In this document: piece after piece, positions 57,215 through 64,000 of the stretch | Position numbering within the stretch: the first letter of the stretch is position 1 | Layout: every line of letters starts with the position of its first letter | Assembly (NCBI GenBank): GCA_965224795.1 | Contig: CBDDAE010000002.1 | Location: forward strand, 327,873-391,872 | DNA from: Paracoccaceae bacterium | Lineage (GTDB): Bacteria; Pseudomonadota; Alphaproteobacteria; Rhodobacterales; Rhodobacteraceae | Reading direction: 5' to 3' | Length of the DNA stretch: 64,000 bases | Made by a program: the position numbers and the translations under genes | Notes under the pieces: generated by a model | What the model was told of the DNA's origin: nothing | The model's database searches: none | Seen by the model: the letters and a program-made list of their open reading frames with translations, nothing else

Positions 57215-59329
57215 TTAAAACTCAAACCGCAGACCGATTGTTGTTTCTGTCATATTCTGACCCGACACATTGCCACTGTTCAGGCTACGAACAGCGCGTA
57301 AAACCAGATCTGACTGGCGTGACAAGGGCAAGCCATACGCAATAGACAGATCCATTTGCCGCCCCTCTGGCGTCAGCGGCACATTTACAGTGTTAAATAC
57401 CGTACCGCCAGAATTTCTGGACACCGGAAGAGTGAACCGCGCCTGACCAGACATGATTGCCTGGGGCAGACCCACGCCCAACACGACGCGATCACCCCGG
57501 TCCCAAATACCTTGCATGGAATAGCTTAGGTTCACCGAACTATAGCTCACCGCCGTCATATCAACATCCGTCAGATTGCCTTCGGGCATGGCCAGCCCGA
57601 AACTACCGGACAGACCGAATTGTTGATTTGATTTCACAGGTATGGCCCAATCCCAGGTCGCGCCCGCATGGCTGCCACTGATAGTTTCCGTTGGCAAAAG
57701 CGACTGCACACCGACAAATCCGTCGCCTTCATGCAGGGCGTTCAGACCCAAACGAAGCTGACTGCGCCCGGTGCCAATTTCACGCGAAACAGAAAGGCCA
57801 TAATTGTCGCTGTCGCCACTGGGCACCAGCAAAGATATCCGGGTATCATCGGCATCAAAAGCAAACTGCTTGCCACTGGCATAGCTGGTCAGCTCAGAAT
57901 TCTGGGCGAACGGATCAACTTTACTGCTGCTAAGATCGGCCACCAGCAAACCGTCGATTGCGGCAAGCGGATCGGTTTTAATAATCCCCTGCGCTGCCAA
58001 AACATTAGCCGGAAGATCAAAGCCTGATCCCATTCCATCGACAATAACCAGATCGTATTGCGCTAAGCGCAGGCTGATCGCGTCACCGACCATTCCAGTA
58101 CTGATCGTTGTCGGGCTGTCAGCCGCGACTGAACCGCCACCAGAGCGCGGCAGATATGATCCGCCAATAGGTGACAATGCGGCTTTCATATTCAGAAAAC
58201 CATGACCAAACTCGGGGGAAAACCCGTGTTGCAGACCCGGCGCAAACTCCACATACCCGGAATGGGTGTAAAAGCTGTTATCTGCGGACGCCAGTAACCT
58301 GGCACGCAGTTCTTCCGCACTAAGGGTTGGAAATGCTTCGGCCAATAATGCGATGGCACCTGAAACCTGGGGTGCAGCAAAGGATGAACCGTAAGTATCT
58401 GAATAGTCAGAATTTCCGGTTGCTGTGGCGGCATAAACGGAACCGTCAGCCGCCATGCACCAGGCCGCTGCCTCAAGACAATTTGCTGAAATAACAGTGC
58501 CTGAAGTGATAGTAGCACCGGAAAACACCGGCACCGCGTTGATCACCGCAACCCAGTTGTTTTGCAGGGTCGGGTCCAATACTGGCAGCGCCGCCATGAT
58601 ATCAGCGTTGGTGCGTGAATTATCATTTGATACGGCAAACACGATTACCGCATTTTGTGCCAGATTTTTGATTGAATTAAAGTAATTGGTGCCAGCCGTG
58701 CCGGAAAAAATACCCTGAAAATTTGCGTCAGTCGCATCAATTTCAAAGCCCCAGGAATTGTTTTGCACAATCGCGCCGGTGGCAATGGCCTGTAGATTTG
58801 CGTTTTCGCGGCTGGCATTGGTGTTGAATGATCCCAATTGTAGATCAGCCCCCGGTGCCACGCCGATCATTGAGCCCGCGGTGGCAATACCCGCAGCCAC
58901 CGAAGCCACTGCAGTACCGTGATCATCAACCCCAAGTGCGCCGCCACCTGTTGGCAGCGTTAGGGTTTTGCCAAAAAATTCATCGTGGCTGGTCAGAAAA
59001 CCTGCATCAACAATCGAAATTGTCTGCCCCGCGCCGGTTAATCCGGCGGCGTGGGCATATTCGACCCGGCCATGGGCCAGGGAATAGCTGTCATGTATCG
59101 GCGGGCTGCCGTTCCACCAGCTAAACTGCTGTACAGTGTATAGCGGGTTGACGGTGCGCAAAGCATTGGCCGCGACTTCAAGCGGTGCCCAATCTGCCAC
59201 AAAAAATGCTGACAAAACCGCCGAAGGCACATGGCTGATGGTGATGCTCACCGGGTAATTGGTTTCTTCACCTGGGGTACAGGCTGCCAAAAAACTGGCC
59301 GTAAGTGACGTAAATATTAGTTTTTTCAT
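57215..59329 (-). CDS. S8 (subtilisin-family) serine peptidase with lipobox signal and autotransporter-like C-terminal beta-domain
   Basis: From the ATG at 59329: MKKLIFTSLTASFLAACTPGE. Triad contexts ISIVDAGF, DDHGTAVASVAAG and GSSFAAPQVSGAIALL. C-terminus ends IGLRFEF. Confidence 0.8.
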   Translation of the reverse strand: MKKLIFTSLTASFLAACTPGEETNYPVSITISHVPSAVLSAFFVADWAPLEVAANALRTVNPLYTVQQFSWWNGSPPIHDSYSLAHGRVEYAHAAGLTGAGQTISIVDAGFLTSHDEFFGKTLTLPTGGGALGVDDHGTAVASVAAGIATAGSMIGVAPGADLQLGSFNTNASRENANLQAIATGAIVQNNSWGFEIDATDANFQGIFSGTAGTNYFNSIKNLAQNAVIVFAVSNDNSRTNADIMAALPVLDPTLQNNWVAVINAVPVFSGATITSGTVISANCLEAAAWCMAADGSVYAATATGNSDYSDTYGSSFAAPQVSGAIALLAEAFPTLSAEELRARLLASADNSFYTHSGYVEFAPGLQHGFSPEFGHGFLNMKAALSPIGGSYLPRSGGGSVAADSPTTISTGMVGDAISLRLAQYDLVIVDGMGSGFDLPANVLAAQGIIKTDPLAAIDGLLVADLSSSKVDPFAQNSELTSYASGKQFAFDADDTRISLLVPSGDSDNYGLSVSREIGTGRSQLRLGLNALHEGDGFVGVQSLLPTETISGSHAGATWDWAIPVKSNQQFGLSGSFGLAMPEGNLTDVDMTAVSYSSVNLSYSMQGIWDRGDRVVLGVGLPQAIMSGQARFTLPVSRNSGGTVFNTVNVPLTPEGRQMDLSIAYGLPLSRQSDLVLRAVRSLNSGNVSGQNMTETTIGLRFEF

Positions 59330-59488
59330 ACTCTTAACCTCATCCCAGCTTGCATTGCTGCCCATAACAATTGGGATAAACACCTGAAACATGTCCGAAT
59401 TGCGGAATTTCGGTTGAAAAATCATGGAGTTCCTGTTCTGGGCAATATTTACCCGCCAACACAGAAATAGTTGGAAAACCTGTCGTAT

Positions 59489-59574
59489 TGGTGCCCGCGG
59501 CCGGACTCGAACCGGCACGGCCTTTCAGCCGAGGGATTTTAAGTCCCTTGTGTCTACCATTCCACCACGCGGGC
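59489..59574 (-). tRNA. tRNA-Leu (anticodon TAA)
   Basis: The reverse complement is GCCCGCGTGGTGGAATGGTAGACACAAGGGACTTAAAATCCCTCGGCTGAAAGGCCGTGCCGGTTCGAGTCCGGCCGCGGGCACCA. Acceptor GCCCGCG/CGCGGGC. Anticodon loop CTTAAAA. Long variable arm. Encoded CCA. Confidence 0.9.
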
Positions 59575-59725
59575 CAGACTGCGCCGGACAATAGGCATTG
59601 CGCCCAGCGTGTAAAGACAGCTGCGCGCAAAAATGGCTCGAAAATGCAAAATTATTACGTTGCACCCGGGGGATATGCCGACACTTGGTCTTGACGCCCC
59701 AAACCCCATCGGTCAGCCTGCACCC

Positions 59726-60469
59726 ATGTTTCCAATACGCGACCATAACCCGTCCGAAAACCAGCCGGTTGTTACAATCTCGCTGATTGCGATCAACGTG
59801 CTGGCCTTTGTCATCTATTCCACGATGTATACTGACGACGCCGCCCTGGGTCAGTTCTACCAAAACTGGGCAATGATCCCGGCGCGCATTGCTGCGGGTG
59901 ACGGGTATCACACCCTGTTCACGTCGATGTTCATGCATGGCGGCATCATGCATCTGGGCGGTAACGTTTTGTTTTTATGGATTTTTGGCGATAATCTGGA
60001 GGATGAGCTTGGCCCGATTAAGTTCCTGATCTTTTATCTGGTGTGCGGAGTGCTGGCCGATGTCGCCCAGATTACCGCTGACCCCAATTCCCTAATCCCC
60101 ACCGTGGGCGCATCCGGTGCCATTGCTGGGGTGATGGGTGGCTATTTGCTGATGTTCCCCAAAGCCCGTGTTGATGTTCTTTTGATCCTTATCATCATTT
60201 TCAAAGTCTTCCCGGTTCCGGCTTGGGTCATGCTGGGCATCTGGTTTGCACTGCAAATCATTAGCGGCATTGGTTCAGACATTTCCGGTGGCGGTGTCGC
60301 CTACTGGGCCCATGCCGGTGGGTTCATCGCCGGGTTCATCCTAATGCTGCCGGTCTGGCTGCGCGAAGGCGGCAAAGGCTTTTGGCAACGCACCGAGGGA
60401 CATCCGCCCCACCCCGATGCCAAGTACCGCAATGTACGCACAGGCATCCCGAGGGTCCGCCACAAATGA
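59726..60469 (+). CDS. Rhomboid family intramembrane serine protease
   Basis: From MFPIRDHNPS. Motifs FMHGGIMHLGGNVLFLW and GASGAIAGVMG. Start uncertain (the tracked ORF begins at 59633). Confidence 0.85.
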   Translation: MFPIRDHNPSENQPVVTISLIAINVLAFVIYSTMYTDDAALGQFYQNWAMIPARIAAGDGYHTLFTSMFMHGGIMHLGGNVLFLWIFGDNLEDELGPIKFLIFYLVCGVLADVAQITADPNSLIPTVGASGAIAGVMGGYLLMFPKARVDVLLILIIIFKVFPVPAWVMLGIWFALQIISGIGSDISGGGVAYWAHAGGFIAGFILMLPVWLREGGKGFWQRTEGHPPHPDAKYRNVRTGIPRVRHK

Positions 60470-60837
60470 CGGAAACACACCGCCTGACCTGCCATTGTGG
60501 TGCCGTGGAATTGCGCGTGCGCCTGTCTGAAGGCCTGAAAACGGCCCGGCGCTGTGATTGTTCGTTTTGTGCCCGTCGCGGAGCAATTGCCGTGTCTGCC
60601 CTGCTTGCAGATGTTGAAATAGTGAAAGGCGGCGACAGCCTGACCCTGTACCAATGGGGTACAAACACAGCCAAACACTACTTTTGCAAGACCTGTGGCA
60701 TCTACACTCACCACCAGCGCCGATCCAACCCGCAGGAATACGGCGTTAACGTTGCCGCCCTGCAAGGCGTCAATCCACGCAATCTGGGCAACGTGGCGTG
60801 GTCTGACGGAATCAACCACCCCTCTGATCGCGGCTAA
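60465..60837 (+). CDS. GFA (glutathione-dependent formaldehyde-activating/CENP-V-like) family protein
   Basis: From the ATG at 60465 (ATGA overlap with the rhomboid stop). Cys pattern CHCG...CDCSFC...CKTCG. Confidence 0.78.
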
Positions 60838-60845
60838 ATCAACCG

Positions 60846-61772
60846 ATGACCGGTATTTTTCTGATCATCCTGCCGCTGATCCTGCTGGTGGCCACCGGCT
60901 GGGCTATCACCCGTGCCGGCCTTTTAAACACCGCTGATTGGCAGAGCGTCGAAAAGTTCAGTTTTAAAGTCCTTATCCCGGCACTGTTGGTCCGCGCTAT
61001 CTACCGTTCCGAAATCTCGCTGGCAGTGTCCGGCCCCTATGTGGCCGCCCTGATCCTTACGATCACCGCCATGGGCCTGCTGACGCTGACTTTGCGCCCA
61101 GTCTTCAACCACGAAAACCTGCCCAACACCGACCTGTCCAGCATGTTTCAGGCCAGCACCCGCTGGAACGCTTTCATCGTCCTGCTGGTCGCCGCACAAC
61201 TGTTTGGTGAACCGGGCCTTAGCACTGTCGCCATCGCCATGGCTGCCCTTATCCCACTGATAAACATCGGCAATATCGCCGTTTTGTCAGCCCTGCACGA
61301 CCGATCAAGCGGCTTGAAAGGCATCGCCCTGACCATCCTGCGCAACCCGCTGGTGATCGCCAGCCTGACCGGGTTGGCCATCAATCTAAGCGGCCTGACT
61401 GTACCCATGCCCATCGACACCACCCTCGAATTAATAGGGCGCGGCACCCTGGCCATTGGCTTGATTGTGATTGGTGCCGGGTTTGACTGGCAACGCCTAT
61501 TGCGGTCCAGCTGGCAAATAATCTGGGGCGTTGGCCTAAAACTAATCGCCGCCCCGGCGCTGATGTTTGCGCTGGCCAGCCTGTTCCAGTTGAATAATTT
61601 GCAAACCATCTGCGGAATGCTGGTGGTATCGGCCCCCACAGCGGCCAACGGCTATATCGTTGCCAAGCAAATGGGCGGCAATGCCGGGCTTTATGCTGAT
61701 ACCATGAGCTGGCAACTGGTGCTGTCGATCCTGACCATCCCGGCGATGGTCTATCTGGTGGTCGCACCCTGA
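60846..61772 (+). CDS. AEC (auxin efflux carrier) family transporter
   Basis: 308-aa polytopic ORF. N-terminus MTGIFLIILPLILLVATGWAITRAGLL. Confidence 0.78.
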   Translation: MTGIFLIILPLILLVATGWAITRAGLLNTADWQSVEKFSFKVLIPALLVRAIYRSEISLAVSGPYVAALILTITAMGLLTLTLRPVFNHENLPNTDLSSMFQASTRWNAFIVLLVAAQLFGEPGLSTVAIAMAALIPLINIGNIAVLSALHDRSSGLKGIALTILRNPLVIASLTGLAINLSGLTVPMPIDTTLELIGRGTLAIGLIVIGAGFDWQRLLRSSWQIIWGVGLKLIAAPALMFALASLFQLNNLQTICGMLVVSAPTAANGYIVAKQMGGNAGLYADTMSWQLVLSILTIPAMVYLVVAP

Positions 61773-62561
61773 TCAGGTGTTGCGAATGACCTTGGCAAAC
61801 TGATCAAAGATCGGCTCGGCGGCGCAAATGACTTCGCCATCTTCCAGTAAATCATCACCTGATTTGATCGGCTCAACCAACGCCCCGGCTTCGCGCGCAA
61901 TCAAAATTCCCGCTGCAATATCCCAGGAATGCAAGCCACGTTCCCAGAAACCATCATATCGCCCGGCAGCCACAAATGCCAAATCCAGCGCCGCCGCCCC
62001 CCATCGCCTAAGCCCGGCACAGCCAGGCATCAAACGGGCAACATCCTGCAAATGCTCTGGCAGGCCAGGACGCCCGGCAAACGGAACGCCCGTGGCAAAG
62101 ACAGACTCGATCATCCGGCTGCGCGCCGACACCCGGATCCGACTTTCATTCAAATAGGCACCCTGACCTTTTTCAGCGGTAAACATCTCGTCTTTGCAGG
62201 GATCATAAATCACCCCGGCAACGATCTCGCCCTTGAATTCCAGCGCGATCGACACTGCCCAATGGGGCATCCCGTGCAGAAAATTCGTGGTGCCATCCAG
62301 CGGGTCAACAATCCAGCGCCGGGTCGGGTCCTCGCCCTGAACCGGCTCACTTTCTTCGCCAACCCAACCATAATTCTTGCGCGCACCCATCAGTTCTTCA
62401 CGGATGATCTCCTCGGCCGCTATATCTGCCTTACTTACAAAATCGCCGGCGCCTTTCATAGACACCTGCAGGTTTTCCACTTCACGAAAATCCTTGGACA
62501 GCGAACGCCCCGCCAATCGCGCGGCCTTGATCATCAGGTTAAGATTGGCACTGCCCTGCAT
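61773..62561 (-). CDS. Inositol monophosphatase family protein (SuhB-like)
   Basis: 262-aa ORF. Motifs WIVDPLDGTTNF and WDIAAG. Confidence 0.88.
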   Translation of the reverse strand: MQGSANLNLMIKAARLAGRSLSKDFREVENLQVSMKGAGDFVSKADIAAEEIIREELMGARKNYGWVGEESEPVQGEDPTRRWIVDPLDGTTNFLHGMPHWAVSIALEFKGEIVAGVIYDPCKDEMFTAEKGQGAYLNESRIRVSARSRMIESVFATGVPFAGRPGLPEHLQDVARLMPGCAGLRRWGAAALDLAFVAAGRYDGFWERGLHSWDIAAGILIAREAGALVEPIKSGDDLLEDGEVICAAEPIFDQFAKVIRNT

Positions 62562-62770
62562 ATCAGGCGCTCCTTAATTTGGTCAGGGGCCGCGTATAGG
62601 GCCACACCCCCCCATTGCCAAGCCAAAATCATGGATTTTTTCTTTGCAAAAATACTCTCGCCGAAGGCCCTAAAATATCTAATGACACCGAAGGTGTCTC
62701 AATCTGCTGGCAAAGTTGACCGAGTTCAATAATTGGTTGCCTTATATTCCCTATACAGTATATAGCATAT

Positions 62771-63322
62771 ATGGAATATACTCTTAACAACACTGAACTC
62801 GCCCTTCTTTCGATCATATCCGAGTGTGGTTCTCTTAACGGGTATCAGCTCAAGAGAACGGTGGACGAACGCGGTTTGCAGGCATGGGCAGGCGTTAGTG
62901 CTTCATCAATTTATGTTGTTCTAAAAAAACTCGAAAAGCGGGGTTTCGTTTTTTCCAGTCCCGACACGAACAAGCGGTCGCGTGGTCCGCGCGGTCAGAT
63001 TTTCGTGGTAACGGATTCCGGCAAGCAGACATTACAGCACGAAATAAAAGGGGCTCTATCTGGTTCACGTGAGCATGATGCACGATACAATATCGCACTT
63101 TCCAACCTTGCAATGTTACCGCAACCCGAATTTCTCCAATGTTGCGTGGCAAGGCTGCGTTTTCTGAAAGACGAGCGCAAACGAATTTCTGAACGTGATG
63201 CCGAGCAGACCAATCAGCCTCTCGGAGCCTCTTTGTTGTTTCAAAGAATACTCAATGGAATGGATGCGGAAATTTTCTGGACCACATCTCTGATAGCCAA
63301 TCTGAAGCAGCAAAAGGACTGA
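62771..63322 (+). CDS. PadR family transcriptional regulator
   Basis: 183-aa ORF. Winged-helix region ALLSIISECGSLNGYQLKRTV...SSIYVVLKKLEKRGFV. Confidence 0.8.
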   Translation: MEYTLNNTELALLSIISECGSLNGYQLKRTVDERGLQAWAGVSASSIYVVLKKLEKRGFVFSSPDTNKRSRGPRGQIFVVTDSGKQTLQHEIKGALSGSREHDARYNIALSNLAMLPQPEFLQCCVARLRFLKDERKRISERDAEQTNQPLGASLLFQRILNGMDAEIFWTTSLIANLKQQKD

Positions 63323-63326
63323 CGCC

Positions 63327-64000
63327 ATGACAATCATTTCCGATTACATCCCCTTCGTGGGGGCGCACTGCGAAACCACAACGATGGGTAATCTCTTACA
63401 GCATGCAGGTCTACCCTTGAGCGAACCAATGATCTTTGGTGTCGGGATGGGGATGGGCTTTGGAGTTTTTCGGTTCAAAGGTATGCCAACGCCATTTATT
63501 GGCGGACGGGTGAAGGCGGAAGAAATAACCAAGGGGCTCGTGAAAAATCTTGGTTTGGAAGCGGATTACAAGACCACCCGCTCCAGAAAGAGAGCTTGGG
63601 ACAACATAGCTAATTTTATCGATGAAGGGCAGCCAGTAGCCGTGAAACTGGACGCCTACTATCTCGACTATTTTGATATCGATTTCCATTTTGCAGGCCA
63701 CTATCTGACGGTGTACGGTTACGATGGCGAATATGTTTACGTTGTTGATACGGATCAGCAAGGCGGGGTTTTAAAGACGCAAAGACAGTCGCTTGAAGAA
63801 GGGCGATTATGGAAGGGGCCGATGGCCTCGAATGCGCTTAGCTGGACGATTGAAAAAACTGATAAGACGATTGAGTGGCCGCTCGTTCTTCGCAGAGCCA
63901 TTGCGTCAAACGCCAAAGATTATCTCACCCCGCCAATTAAGAACTTTGGTGCGAAAGGCATAAGAAAAGCAGCCAAAATGGTTCCTTCATGGATGGATAC
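63327..64000 (+). CDS. BtrH_N-like (butirosin biosynthesis protein H N-terminal / DUF4872-type) protein, truncated by the right window edge
   Basis: Found by manual translation; absent from the ORF track because there is no stop in the window. Reads MTIISDYIPFVGAHCETTTMGNLLQHAGLPLSEPMIFGVGMGMGF...FHFAGHYLTVYGYDGEYVYVVDTD. The Cys...His layout looks papain-like. Starts 4 nt after the padR-like stop. Confidence 0.65.
   Translation, partial: MTIISDYIPFVGAHCETTTMGNLLQHAGLPLSEPMIFGVGMGMGFGVFRFKGMPTPFIGGRVKAEEITKGLVKNLGLEADYKTTRSRKRAWDNIANFIDEGQPVAVKLDAYYLDYFDIDFHFAGHYLTVYGYDGEYVYVVDTDQQGGVLKTQRQSLEEGRLWKGPMASNALSWTIEKTDKTIEWPLVLRRAIASNAKDYLTPPIKNFGAKGIRKAAKMVPSWMD

Noticed and set aside
1-64000. 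CRISPR arrays, IS elements, prophage genes, toxin-antitoxin pairs or recognisable phage-defence systems.
   Set aside because: I found no spaced direct-repeat arrays, no transposase, integrase or recombinase motifs, and no nuclease/ATPase/methyltransferase combinations typical of defence islands on either strand. A scan by eye cannot exclude short or degenerate repeats.

Overview
This window looks like a contiguous, gene-dense chromosomal segment from a moderately high-GC alphaproteobacterium. The Rhodobacterales-like assignment is my inference from gene content and synteny (hom-glpX-recJ-tRNA-Glu, soxBDAG, PleD/DUF3572), not from any search. I support about 60 protein-coding genes and 2 tRNAs (Glu-TTC, Leu-TAA). 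I saw no rRNA, CRISPR array, transposase, integrase or obvious prophage genes. Two edge-truncated genes are missing from the ORF track and were found by manual translation: dnaG (1..1461, minus) and a BtrH_N-like gene (63327..64000, plus).

The main functional theme is methylated-amine and osmolyte metabolism:
- heterotetrameric sarcosine oxidase soxBDAG
- a DMGDH-family dehydrogenase
- a betaine-type ABC importer with a fused double permease
- a non-pyrrolysine MttB-family methyltransferase

Other content:
- a dipeptidase with a Dpp-like ABC transporter
- c-di-GMP signalling (an H-NOX-like sensor with a GGDEF enzyme, and PleD)
- an ECF sigma module
- an orphan TadG/TadE cluster
- housekeeping genes (dnaG, hom, glpX, recJ, metG)

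Items most worth a second look:
1. A 1081-aa reductive-dehalogenase-like protein fused to a phthalate-dioxygenase-reductase-type FMN/NAD/2Fe-2S module.
2. An H-NOX-like sensor translationally coupled to a diguanylate cyclase. It lacks the canonical proximal His and the YxSxR motif.
3. A divergently organised DeoR-controlled locus with two LicA-like choline-kinase paralogs and an IMPase-family phosphatase around the betaine-type importer and DMGDH.
4. An orphan MttB homolog with no corrinoid partner in the window.
5. A lipobox-bearing S8 subtilase with an autotransporter-like C-terminus.
6. A lower-GC PadR/BtrH_N segment at the right edge.

All functional calls rest on motif recognition by eye. 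No database search was run.
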